Positions 34,801-43,675 of a stretch of 64,000 bases of DNA are shown piece by piece. Both the position numbers and the translations under genes were made by a program. This stretch comes from a bacterium. Lineage in GTDB: Bacteria; Armatimonadota; Zipacnadia; Zipacnadales; UBA11051. How positions within the stretch are numbered: position 1 is the first letter of the stretch; each line of letters opens with the position of its first letter. The notes under the pieces were generated by a model that had not been told where the DNA came from, did not search any database, and saw nothing but the letters and a program-made list of their open reading frames with translations. The stretch spans positions 117 to 64,116 of the forward strand of contig JAJFUB010000017.1 of NCBI GenBank assembly GCA_021372615.1, read 5' to 3'.

Positions 34801-37328
34801 GCGCCAATGACATACCGAGTAGCGCCTACCGGGTGGATCCGGCGACGCGCACGATCGAGTTTGACACCGGCCAGGCGGGGTGGGTCAACGACGTGGTCGG
34901 GGCCCTGTGGGGCAAGCCGGTGTGGGTGACCTACACCCGGACCGACCCGGCCGACCCCGGCGACCCGGGTAGCGACACCACGGTCACCAATGAAGTGCAC
35001 CTCCTGCCGGACATCGTGCGCTTCCAGTACATGCCGTATGTGATCAGGCTGAACCACCCGATGGTGCGGGCCGACGCCAACCTGACCTTCAACCTGCCCA
35101 ACGGGGTGCCTCTGACCCGTACGGCGAGCGCACTGGTGGGGGACTCCACCAGCCTGGCGGCCGCCGGGCTGCCGAACATGCCCGCCGGCTGGACCTCCGT
35201 GTACCCCAAGGCACTGCTCGACGTGAGCAACCTGGTGATGGCCGGGAGCGAACTGCTCCGGCCAGGTAGTGAGTTCATCGTGAGCTACGAGTACCTGGAT
35301 CCGGTGCTGCTCACGGCCCAGACGGCGCACGAGCGGCACCAGGTGCCGGTCAACTTCGGCTCCTCAGTCTCCTCGCCGGCGATGGCCGGGTACAATATGC
35401 AGGTGGGCACCGAGGGATACCGCCCGGACGGCATGCGCGGGGCCAACTACCTGCTGATGAACCCCGAGCTGTACGACCCGGCGGGCACACCGACGCCGGC
35501 GCAGTACGATGGCACGTATCGGAGCTTCCTGTCGGTGGTGCTGGACCCGATCACCAAGGCGGTGCGCGGCAGCCTGGTCGAGCCGGCCATTCCTGCGCCC
35601 GGCCTGGTGGGGACCCCCGTGGTCTCGGGGCCGCCGGCGCTCGACGGCGACGGCGTGATCGTCGGCTCGCGGCTGATGAGGCGGCTGTCGCAGGTGGCGG
35701 CCAGTCCGGCCGGCTATCAGGGCGAGAACGTGGGCTACATCAGCCGGCTGCGGCCACAGCGCACGCTCGTCTGTGACACCACGCGGCTGGTCGAGGTGCA
35801 GGGGCAGAAGCTGAGCTGGGTCTGCACCGGCACAATGGCGCCGCAGTACCATGAGGCGCTCGACCCGACCAACCTGGGCAACCAGGAGTTGAAGGTGACG
35901 CCCTTCAGCCGCCCGGCCAAGGCGATCTACCTGTCCAACGGCAACATCCTGGTCGCGGACACCGGCAACAACCGGGTGGTGGAGATTGACCGGCGGGGGC
36001 GGCAGGTGTGGCCGCTGGACGAGAACGGCTATGACTACTACACCAGCACCCCGGCGCTGAACCCGAATCTGTCGCTGGATCGGCCGTCCGATTGCTTCCG
36101 GTACTACGTGGAGTGGCGTCTGGGGATGCCCTACGCCTCGGTCAACGGCAGCATGGGGGCACTGGGGATGTACGGGGGCGAGTGGCAGGCCGGGCAGTGG
36201 GAGGGCACGGAGACCCACACGGTCATCGCGGACACCGGCAACTGCCGGGTGATTGATGTCGTGACGACCGTCACCCCCCTGGGCGTGCAAACGCACCGGG
36301 TGGATGTACTGACACCGAGCCGGGTGCGTCTGGCGCAGGGCATGATGAAGCTGGCGTACACGCGGGCGATCCCGGTGATTGCCCCGCTGGCCGGCGACAC
36401 CAGCAGGTTCGTCCTGGGCTACATCTGCGCGGCGTCGAACCTGCACCAGTTGGTGGTCGTGGACGGCTTGACCAAGCAGGTGGACCCGCCGTCGAACACG
36501 CTCTGGGGCATGACGAGCATGGGCATGACCTGGAAGTGGCTGGCGTGGCTGTATGACGCCAACGTGGACGACACCGACTATGCGCCGACGAACCCGCTGA
36601 TCTTCCGCAACATCCGCGACGTGCAGCTCACCTATGAGGGTGGCACGGCCTACCTGACGGTGACCTGCGGTCAGTACGCCGGACGGCTGAACAACATCGG
36701 GACCGGCCTGACGCCACACTGGCTGGGCGGCCAGGGGGCGGGCATCTACGAGTTCGCGATGGACATCAGCGACACGACGGCCCCGTATGACTGGGCGCGC
36801 ATCAGCCCGACCGACGTGGCGGGTGGCGCGACGGTCACCGCGGACGACCCGATCTGGACCTTCAACAACCTTAACTACACGTACGGCAGCTTCACGTACA
36901 ACTATGCGACGCGGCAGTTGACGGCCGGGACGCGACGGAGTCTGACGAACATCGCCTATCGTGACGTAGGCGAGACGGCGAGCGACCCGGTGCGGTGGCT
37001 GGAGTTGCCGTGGTGCCCGGTGTCGTGCCAGCGGCTGCCGGCGGACCAGCGGACGGTGTCGGTGGGGGCGGGCACGGGGCGTGTGGCCCGGCACCTGGTG
37101 ACCAACTACGCCGAACTGATTCAGAATCTCAATCGCGACAACGTCAACGACCTGGGCGCGCCGGCAATGCTGTTCTCCAGCGTGTTCGTGGTGACCACGG
37201 ACGACGTGAACGACAATGCGCCGGAGAACGACGTACACGAGATGGACCGGCGGGAGGTCATCCCCGATCCGCACGAGCCGGACTGGACCGACCCGATCAA
37301 CCAGCCGGCCTATGCCGCGCGCCGCTAG
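31878..37328 (+). CDS. Giant secreted protein (~1816 aa) with a Sec signal peptide and NHL-type beta-propeller repeat motifs. Candidate adhesin.
   Basis: GGAGG RBS at 31866-31870 and ATG at 31878. Signal peptide MKMATIGRGVGLLLVLLPAVALAQ. Propeller motifs ADTGNNRVVEIDRRGRQVW and ADTGNCRVIDVV. Confidence 0.7.
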   Translation: MRAAMKMATIGRGVGLLLVLLPAVALAQTTFEYNTQPRTFHVCRLLMGAGGDNYAHSLMFEGMRRFPDKPAGWELDNPLVLLANQPPLKHTAAYWTAPLLDANYDATQGFRVQSLRDMDLIYIKSPTLNLAGLGQEWREALIQAVHDGAVLWIDQDHTAGCTVTDFAPPGSMLNTAVPFTFTNASQTSGSYRRAYAGAYVFPPAGGPAGDITGNVADRLLQYPFKLAEWQDIQYLGMYPQGPNYGTSTTDPRPPNQAQSASPDVVNLIDSSLRRVVVVWDGSDFRPNIAAARSGAGAIVLTAGDVGYDVANWWSGAHRNRPLQHEAADCKFAWNVLALAQSFSERGGSSSNGSSSPIAAPPPLDIQWQYPDRFTVPSATTAPLGSIVAAPAVGRHMTFAISLAYPGGGGIPAREPWIMAFDNDPARDLDNDGYVDDGPRDYCLGASYDMVWDRDLCPSGWTPRWSSPTVATTRLASGESTEVVLVSLVRDGAPTTGLVRCFRADNGTVLWERTISAYRLQARVIDLSTPTVYGDWVFLAASEYDTGADNGSGAEDTYGRVHCFQLSQGGVANCPQWVFPSPDTNPNGDGDSTGGSPDNSVPEQQRYLPPFQDPNWVAAVAPYATRPTLPPFPTAKPTIIVPDPPGANAGTEVLLRCTSPISLRKSTDTAHPEEVDNDTTTGGSDWLLVPTPMDVAQTGTDLLNARYYRVWLPAATALGTTSLGATLTVRRVDDTNVTATISDLWQDPVDRKIYAYLQSGQAREYLLRSNTLNVHYLDLTQQGAAITIPYQVNGTNLNAVATLPPPVAQVVSSGGANERRVASATDRKGHSLYATDAIEDNSGTLTHNDLTTATVVTPAAGPYDSTGRLYSINNQTGETRWSVQPESLATFSENNQTVAPGGMAIEPSTDTAVAAITARINPTAGDMRVVKPMALAVNTQPRLVIQLRDGPADSQLRAGATLQIRTLNAGNTGITGANDIPSSAYRVDPATRTIEFDTGQAGWVNDVVGALWGKPVWVTYTRTDPADPGDPGSDTTVTNEVHLLPDIVRFQYMPYVIRLNHPMVRADANLTFNLPNGVPLTRTASALVGDSTSLAAAGLPNMPAGWTSVYPKALLDVSNLVMAGSELLRPGSEFIVSYEYLDPVLLTAQTAHERHQVPVNFGSSVSSPAMAGYNMQVGTEGYRPDGMRGANYLLMNPELYDPAGTPTPAQYDGTYRSFLSVVLDPITKAVRGSLVEPAIPAPGLVGTPVVSGPPALDGDGVIVGSRLMRRLSQVAASPAGYQGENVGYISRLRPQRTLVCDTTRLVEVQGQKLSWVCTGTMAPQYHEALDPTNLGNQELKVTPFSRPAKAIYLSNGNILVADTGNNRVVEIDRRGRQVWPLDENGYDYYTSTPALNPNLSLDRPSDCFRYYVEWRLGMPYASVNGSMGALGMYGGEWQAGQWEGTETHTVIADTGNCRVIDVVTTVTPLGVQTHRVDVLTPSRVRLAQGMMKLAYTRAIPVIAPLAGDTSRFVLGYICAASNLHQLVVVDGLTKQVDPPSNTLWGMTSMGMTWKWLAWLYDANVDDTDYAPTNPLIFRNIRDVQLTYEGGTAYLTVTCGQYAGRLNNIGTGLTPHWLGGQGAGIYEFAMDISDTTAPYDWARISPTDVAGGATVTADDPIWTFNNLNYTYGSFTYNYATRQLTAGTRRSLTNIAYRDVGETASDPVRWLELPWCPVSCQRLPADQRTVSVGAGTGRVARHLVTNYAELIQNLNRDNVNDLGAPAMLFSSVFVVTTDDVNDNAPENDVHEMDRREVIPDPHEPDWTDPINQPAYAARR

Positions 37329-37373
37329 AGATGTCTAGGGCCTGGTTCTCGTTCCCGCAGGAGTGACTGTCTT

Positions 37374-40300
37374 ATGCAGCGCTATCAAACCAGAGCGGTG
37401 TTCATCATAGGGGCGGCCCTGCTGGTCGCCACGGCCTTCGCGCAGAACTACGAGGTGCGGACCTTCGTGGCCGACCCGAGTGTGGCGACCACCGATGACG
37501 CCTCGACTTCGACGAAGACCTTCCAGTACCTGTACAACTCCATCCGGCAGCGCTATGTGTGCCCCTACTGCTCGTACTCGCAGGCGACGGCGGGGAACTG
37601 CCCGGACCCGTGGAAGGCGAGTGGGCATCCGAGCAATCTCGCGCTACGTGACCTGTCGGCCCTGCCCAAGAGCCGGTTCCTGTCGCTGGCGGCCCAGGAG
37701 ATGCCGGACCGGACCCACAGCGACCTGACGCTCCCCAACGCGGCCGGCACGCTGCTGTACCGGGCGCTGATCGGGCGGCCGTACAAGCCCAAGGACTCCG
37801 ACGACACGACGACCGGGTCGGTGCTGTACGCCGCGGCGGCTGGGCTCATCAACACCGACGCCGCGGTCGGGCCGGTCATCGCTGAGAACGACCCGGTGCG
37901 CTGGCTGGTCATCCCGCCGACGCCGCTGCGGCGCGATGTGAAGGCAAGCGACTACACACCGGGGGTGGACCCGGACTACGGCCTGCCGCAACGGCGGCCG
38001 GAGGCCCAGGCCGACCCGGGCACGGACAACGGCGGGGATGACGACTGGCGCGCGCAGTTGATCGAGCCCCAGTCGGGCGACCCCGGCTACTTCGACGCCG
38101 CGAGCCTGCTCAACTACCTGGAGATCGGGGTCAATCCCTACCGTGTGGACGAGGGTGACACGTGGTGGGTGCGCTATACCGAGGTATACAAGAAGGATGC
38201 GGCCGATCTAGGCAATGTGGCCAACGGCACGTTTGCACGGGCGCAAGTCTCCATCTACAGCGTGCTGTACGGCTGGCAGAGCGGGGCGGACCCGAGCACG
38301 CCGCTGACCATCGATCCGAACGGCCCCCAGAACAACGAGACAGCGATCGCCACACCCTTCTCCGTCATCGCAGACAGCGGCGCGGTCCAGTTGACCTTCT
38401 CCGAAGGCGGCGATGACGCTGACGGCGATGCCAGGGACGGCTGGGCGGGCGACACGGTATCCGTGCCGGCGGGCCAGCTGGAGTCCTCGCGCACCTGGGT
38501 CGTCCGCTTCATGGTGCGGTCCAACTGCCGGCTGATCCCGGGCTGGCAGGACGTGGACGACGATGCGGTAGACCCGACCTACAAGGACATCAACGGCACG
38601 TGGCACAACAACGCCACCTTCGATGCTGATCCAGTCGCCTATACTTTCGGCGGCCGCAAGGAAGCGTGGATGAAGGCGGCGTCGGCCAGCACCGTGCCGA
38701 CTGTGACAACCGAGACGGACGTCGAGCAGACCAACGATGAGCCGGAGGGCTATACCATCCCGGCAAACTGCACGGGGAACGGCATGGCGGCGGTGCAGTG
38801 GCGCGATCCCGACCCCGCCACCGAGGCGACCTGGACGCCCGACCCGACGGCCGGCGGCACCACGGCCAACGCCGTCTACCGGCGCACCGGCTATGAATGG
38901 CAGTACGACGCCGGGATCAACGGCGGCGCGGTGACGAACATCACCAACGATGAGATCGCCACCGGCGCCCCGGCCAACTACAGCGCGGGATACCCGTATG
39001 TGCACTTCGCCGGCGCGCGGTTCATGTCCACCCGTACCGAGACCCCCCCGACGAACACGCAGTGGGACAAGGACAGCGACGGCGACGGTGACGAGCAGGC
39101 CGAGACACAAGGCCTGGCCCTGGCCTACCCGAAGGTCATCATCGGTCTGTGCAACACCAGCGGGGTGGACCTGGTGTACGGCGCGTACGGCCCCGGGAGC
39201 ATCACCAGCCGCCGGACCTATGACGTGGTGAACCGGTGGAACGGTGCGGCCGCGACCAGCGTGTGCAACATCTGCGGCGCCGTATGGGCTCCCCGATGGA
39301 ACGGGACGGCCTGGGAGAGCACGGCGCCGACCGTATGTCCGTATCACAGTGCCGCGGCGACGGACATCACTGAGCTGACCGGGACCGGCGCGGGCAACAC
39401 GACCTACAACGGAACGTATACCCGGCAGACGGGGATGGTCAACGGCCACGACTACTACCGGAAGGGTGCCACCTCGTACTACATCTACCACGCGCCCGCG
39501 CCCCGGAAGCGCTGGCTGATGGCCACCTCGACGGCCGTCACCTGGAAGAATGCCGCCTACTGGAACAACATGCTGGCCGGCACCTGGAACCCCCAGAAGG
39601 AGCCCGGCAACCCGGTAGTAGCGGCGACGGTTGATACGTCCAGCGGCGTGCTGGAAACGGCGCCACAGGGCGGCGGCGCGTATGACGCTGCTCTCGATGT
39701 CTGGCGCGCGGCGACCGCCATCGGCGATGACGAACGCCGCGAGCCCGCCCAGACGGTCCAGCACGTCTTGCCCGCGAGCGCCCTCAGGAGCGGCGCACGC
39801 AGCGTCGCCTCCTGCCGCAACACCGACTCGTCGGCGGGTTCGGACCCGAACGACACCGACCCGGGCACAAACGAGGTCTGGGCGGAGATACCCCGGTCGC
39901 AGCCGCCGTCGGTCCCCGAGGCGGCGGGCCACACCAACAACTACTCCGCCGACCTGGGCTACCGCGGAGGAATGGTGACCTTCCGCAACGAGACCGCGCC
40001 GACCGCGGACGAGCACGCGTATCCCCCGACGGTCTCGCCGCTGACCAACGGCTGGGACACCTTCTACCGCAACCCGGACCTCGGGTGCTTCCAGCCGGCG
40101 ACGGGGCAGTGGCCGTACCTGTGCGACGCCGGGACCCCGGGGGACATCAGTGACGACCACATTGTGTGGAACACCACCAACTCCTGCTCGCTCCACACCG
40201 GGGCGACGGTGAACGAGGTGGAGGGCAGGCACTACTTCTGCCCGCGCTGCGGTACGGAGCGGCGGGATTCGGGGAGCTGCCCCTTCGATGGCACCCTCCT

Positions 40301-43300
40301 CGTGCAGATTGCCGTTGCCTCGGCCGTGCGCGAGGATCACCTGGTCGCCGAAGAGTTCGACCCCGTCGAGGTACAGGTGTCGGTGACGAGCAACGCGGCC
40401 GGCATCGCCCAGAGCGCCAGCGCCATCGAGATCGGTCGCGTGGCGCCCGGGGTGCGCGCGCAGCAGCCGGACACCACGGCGCGCGGCGTGGCGGCCAACA
40501 ACTACCAGCTCACCGACCATCGGGCCTTTCCCGGTGACGTATCGCCGCTGCCGGCTTTGGGGCACCGCCCCAGCGACGCGAAGGCGACGCTGCGCAACGA
40601 GAGCAATGTGGCGCTGGACATGCGGGTCGGCAGCGTACACGACTGGGTGGCCGGCAACGGCCTAAACAGCCGCGGCGACTACCTGCGCCTGGGGCAGGAC
40701 CCCTGGCTGGTCTCGTGGGGCCGCAAGGCCCAGGTCGGACCGCTCACACTCGACACACTGATGCCGCGCGTGAAGAACCCGGCGGGCAGTGGCCCCTATG
40801 AGGGAGACCTGCTGAACCGGACGTTCTGGAGCATCCTGGCGCCGGGGACCGAGGACCTCGGGGGAGAGGACACGTGGCTGCTGGCGGGCAACGGCACCCG
40901 CACGCCGGCGGCGGGTCTGATCACCGCCGGTGTCGCGGCCAAGCCGGTGCCGTTCGGCCAGCCGATCGGGACCTACACCGGGCAGCACGTGCAGTATCTG
41001 GATGACGGTGACGGCGTGTTCGAGTTCCAGCACTGGACCGGCAGCGGGTGGAGCGCCACCGATACTGCGGCGACGGAGTACAACCCTGCGGTGGACCTGC
41101 CGAGGGAACCGCTGGTGGGGCTGCTCAGTGGGCAGGTACGGGTCGTGGAGACGCGCGTGCCGCAGAGCGACTTCTACTCGGCGGACAACGACCCGGTCGT
41201 GCTGCCGAGCCCTACGCCGGGTGTCATGCAGGTCATCTGGTCGAGCAACCGCCTGTCGGCGGACTCGAGCCAGGCGGGGTATGACGCCGCAGCAGTCGCC
41301 GCCGGGGCAAACCCGACGGCTCTGCCCACCAGCCGGACGCCGCTGAACCTCGTGTATGTGACCACGACCGGCTATACCGATGCCGACGATCCGCTGTATC
41401 GGCGGTACGGGTGGCCTGTCGCGGGGAGCGGGGCCATATCGCCGGCACGGGCGCTGACCAGCGACCCCGACAACGCCGCTGGCAGAATCACCAACAGCTC
41501 GCCCTGGGCGATGTACGACCTGTCGGGCAACAAATGGTCGTTCTGGCACAGGAGCCAGCCCAATGCTGGCGGGGTCGAGTCGACGCTGCGATACCGAGGT
41601 CCTCTGGGCGCCGCGAACTGGACCTGGCCAACCGGCATTCCGCCCTTCATCTACGACACGGGCCTGGCCAAGCAGGGGATGCGGGGCTTCTGGACCAGCA
41701 ACGGGGCCTGGCTGTTCTGGCACGAGGGGACACCGGGGCGCGAACGGCTGATGTTCCGGTGGAACTTCGACGGCTCGACCACGGCGAATGAGAAGCCGGT
41801 GCCGGTCACGAACCAGATGGGAGCGGGCATCACCGACCTGGTCAACGCGCCAACGCTGCCTGACGCGACCACCCCGATGGTGATCCGCAAGACCGGCACG
41901 AGCCCGTTCACCTACACCCGCGATGCCTCGGTGTTCACCAACAGCAACGTGGTGCACCTGTTCTTCTCGGGCTTCGTGACGCACGAGGGGCAGGCGGATG
42001 TCTGCTGGACGAAGTTCAACGCCAACACCATGTCCAACGCGGGCAGCGGGGTGACGTGGGCGAACGACAACTACTCCAAGCTGCCCTTCCCGCGGGTGAC
42101 CGACGAGGAGATGGAGCCGGACGGTCTGCACCAGCTCTATGGCAGCCGGCACCTGGACTGGCTGGTGGGGCGGAACGCGGCCTCCGACATGCCGGTGATC
42201 CAGGCTTTCCTGCGGGGCGACGGCATCAGCCCGGCGTTCCAACTGCAGTTGGGCTACCACGACACGATCGGTGACGACAAGGCACGACCCTCGCAGACGT
42301 TCAACATCGTGTGGGATGACTCGCGCGCCAACTACTATGACCGGGCGCGGGGCATCTACTATGTGACGCCGATCCTGACCTCGGTCAACGGCTCGTCCCT
42401 GCCCGCGCGCTGCGGCTACAACCCGACCACGGGCTCGTACACCAGCGGCTGGTACCTGCGCGACCCGAGTTCGACGGTCACGGCCCCGCGGCCCATCAGC
42501 ATGGCGATCAACCCGGCGGCCGGGACGGTGCAGTTCAGCTCGCCGCTGTTCAATGAGGACGCGCCGACGGATCGGACGGCGGTGTTCTGGTCCAGCGACA
42601 CGTTGGGTGGCGGCGGATCTGATCCCGCGCTGGAGGATGTCGTGCTGCACGTGGCGTACACGCCGTACATCTACCGCGTGACGCGGAGCAGCGCGGCCGA
42701 CGACGAGCCGTCGGCCTTCTATGATCCTGCAACCGCCGGGCGGCTGACCGTGTTCTGGCGGCGGAGCTACCCGGTCAGTGAGGCGCCGCACTTCGGCCGG
42801 CCGTCCTACATGTACAAGTGCTACACGACCTCAGTCCAGGTCGGGCGGCCCCCGGTATCAGGGAACGCCACGATCACGGAGTGGACCACCGGCAATTCCG
42901 TTACGTTGCTGTCGAGCAACCCCAATGCCGGCATCTACACGCTGGACCCGGCGACGGGGCAGGCGTACCTGCGGGTGGCGTACAATGACAGCGGCGGGAC
43001 AGCTCGGGTCGAACGGCACCAAGTTATCGGCTGGAGCCAGGAGATGGTGGTGCCGCTGGACACGGTGATTGGTGACGGCTCGATGGTGGCGGTGCCGGAG
43101 TCGTTCAGCGTGCCGCCCACCGAGGGCGCCGCGGCGAGCGTCCCGGCCGTGCGGTACTGGCTGTTCTGGTCGAGCCCGCGCGGGGTGTATGACCTGCGGC
43201 TGGTGGAGGACAACGGCACACGGGTGGCAGGGGACCTGGCGGTGCACCCGTCTTCGGACATCTACTCGGCGGTCGTGGCGCCCGACTTCGGTGGCCTGGC

Positions 43301-43343
43301 TCCGGAGCGCACGGTGCCGACGATCTCGCCCGACCCGACCTAG
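37374..43343 (+). CDS. Giant secreted protein (1989 aa) with a signal peptide and three CxxC...C knuckle motifs. Candidate adhesin.
   Basis: AGGAG RBS and ATG at 37374. Signal peptide MQRYQTRAVFIIGAALLVATAFAQ. Motifs CPYCSYS...C, CNICGAVW...C, CPRCGTERRDSGSC. Confidence 0.7.
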   Translation: MQRYQTRAVFIIGAALLVATAFAQNYEVRTFVADPSVATTDDASTSTKTFQYLYNSIRQRYVCPYCSYSQATAGNCPDPWKASGHPSNLALRDLSALPKSRFLSLAAQEMPDRTHSDLTLPNAAGTLLYRALIGRPYKPKDSDDTTTGSVLYAAAAGLINTDAAVGPVIAENDPVRWLVIPPTPLRRDVKASDYTPGVDPDYGLPQRRPEAQADPGTDNGGDDDWRAQLIEPQSGDPGYFDAASLLNYLEIGVNPYRVDEGDTWWVRYTEVYKKDAADLGNVANGTFARAQVSIYSVLYGWQSGADPSTPLTIDPNGPQNNETAIATPFSVIADSGAVQLTFSEGGDDADGDARDGWAGDTVSVPAGQLESSRTWVVRFMVRSNCRLIPGWQDVDDDAVDPTYKDINGTWHNNATFDADPVAYTFGGRKEAWMKAASASTVPTVTTETDVEQTNDEPEGYTIPANCTGNGMAAVQWRDPDPATEATWTPDPTAGGTTANAVYRRTGYEWQYDAGINGGAVTNITNDEIATGAPANYSAGYPYVHFAGARFMSTRTETPPTNTQWDKDSDGDGDEQAETQGLALAYPKVIIGLCNTSGVDLVYGAYGPGSITSRRTYDVVNRWNGAAATSVCNICGAVWAPRWNGTAWESTAPTVCPYHSAAATDITELTGTGAGNTTYNGTYTRQTGMVNGHDYYRKGATSYYIYHAPAPRKRWLMATSTAVTWKNAAYWNNMLAGTWNPQKEPGNPVVAATVDTSSGVLETAPQGGGAYDAALDVWRAATAIGDDERREPAQTVQHVLPASALRSGARSVASCRNTDSSAGSDPNDTDPGTNEVWAEIPRSQPPSVPEAAGHTNNYSADLGYRGGMVTFRNETAPTADEHAYPPTVSPLTNGWDTFYRNPDLGCFQPATGQWPYLCDAGTPGDISDDHIVWNTTNSCSLHTGATVNEVEGRHYFCPRCGTERRDSGSCPFDGTLLVQIAVASAVREDHLVAEEFDPVEVQVSVTSNAAGIAQSASAIEIGRVAPGVRAQQPDTTARGVAANNYQLTDHRAFPGDVSPLPALGHRPSDAKATLRNESNVALDMRVGSVHDWVAGNGLNSRGDYLRLGQDPWLVSWGRKAQVGPLTLDTLMPRVKNPAGSGPYEGDLLNRTFWSILAPGTEDLGGEDTWLLAGNGTRTPAAGLITAGVAAKPVPFGQPIGTYTGQHVQYLDDGDGVFEFQHWTGSGWSATDTAATEYNPAVDLPREPLVGLLSGQVRVVETRVPQSDFYSADNDPVVLPSPTPGVMQVIWSSNRLSADSSQAGYDAAAVAAGANPTALPTSRTPLNLVYVTTTGYTDADDPLYRRYGWPVAGSGAISPARALTSDPDNAAGRITNSSPWAMYDLSGNKWSFWHRSQPNAGGVESTLRYRGPLGAANWTWPTGIPPFIYDTGLAKQGMRGFWTSNGAWLFWHEGTPGRERLMFRWNFDGSTTANEKPVPVTNQMGAGITDLVNAPTLPDATTPMVIRKTGTSPFTYTRDASVFTNSNVVHLFFSGFVTHEGQADVCWTKFNANTMSNAGSGVTWANDNYSKLPFPRVTDEEMEPDGLHQLYGSRHLDWLVGRNAASDMPVIQAFLRGDGISPAFQLQLGYHDTIGDDKARPSQTFNIVWDDSRANYYDRARGIYYVTPILTSVNGSSLPARCGYNPTTGSYTSGWYLRDPSSTVTAPRPISMAINPAAGTVQFSSPLFNEDAPTDRTAVFWSSDTLGGGGSDPALEDVVLHVAYTPYIYRVTRSSAADDEPSAFYDPATAGRLTVFWRRSYPVSEAPHFGRPSYMYKCYTTSVQVGRPPVSGNATITEWTTGNSVTLLSSNPNAGIYTLDPATGQAYLRVAYNDSGGTARVERHQVIGWSQEMVVPLDTVIGDGSMVAVPESFSVPPTEGAAASVPAVRYWLFWSSPRGVYDLRLVEDNGTRVAGDLAVHPSSDIYSAVVAPDFGGLAPERTVPTISPDPT

Positions 43344-43586
43344 GCGGCCGCGCCCCGGCACGGCGCCCCTCCCAGCACGCAGCCGGGGGGGCGTTGTGAC
43401 GTGTGGTGGGCGCCACGGAAACTGCACATTCCGAGGGGAACTGTTCCCGCTGAGAGATGTTTGTACCGGATAGCCGTGCCGCGGCCGCGGGGGACGCACG
43501 GCGGTTGTGTAACGACCTCGCTTGCGGCGCCGGCATGGCCATGCCGGAGGGCCATCGGCGAGGGCCTCCGCGCGTGGCATGGTGGG

Positions 43587-43615
43587 TTGACAATAGCTCT
43601 TGCACGGGCTAAACT
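43587..43615 (+). promoter_or_regulatory. Consensus sigma70 promoter TTGACA-17 nt-TAAACT for the pilMNOPQ operon. AGGAGG RBS before pilM.
   Basis: ttgaca at 43587-43592, taaact at 43610-43615. RBS aggagg at 43659-43664. Confidence 0.5.
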
Positions 43616-43675
43616 GCCCATGGCGAGAAAAGCTCGGCAAGGATCGCTGCTTGCACTGTAGGAGGAGCCGACGAT

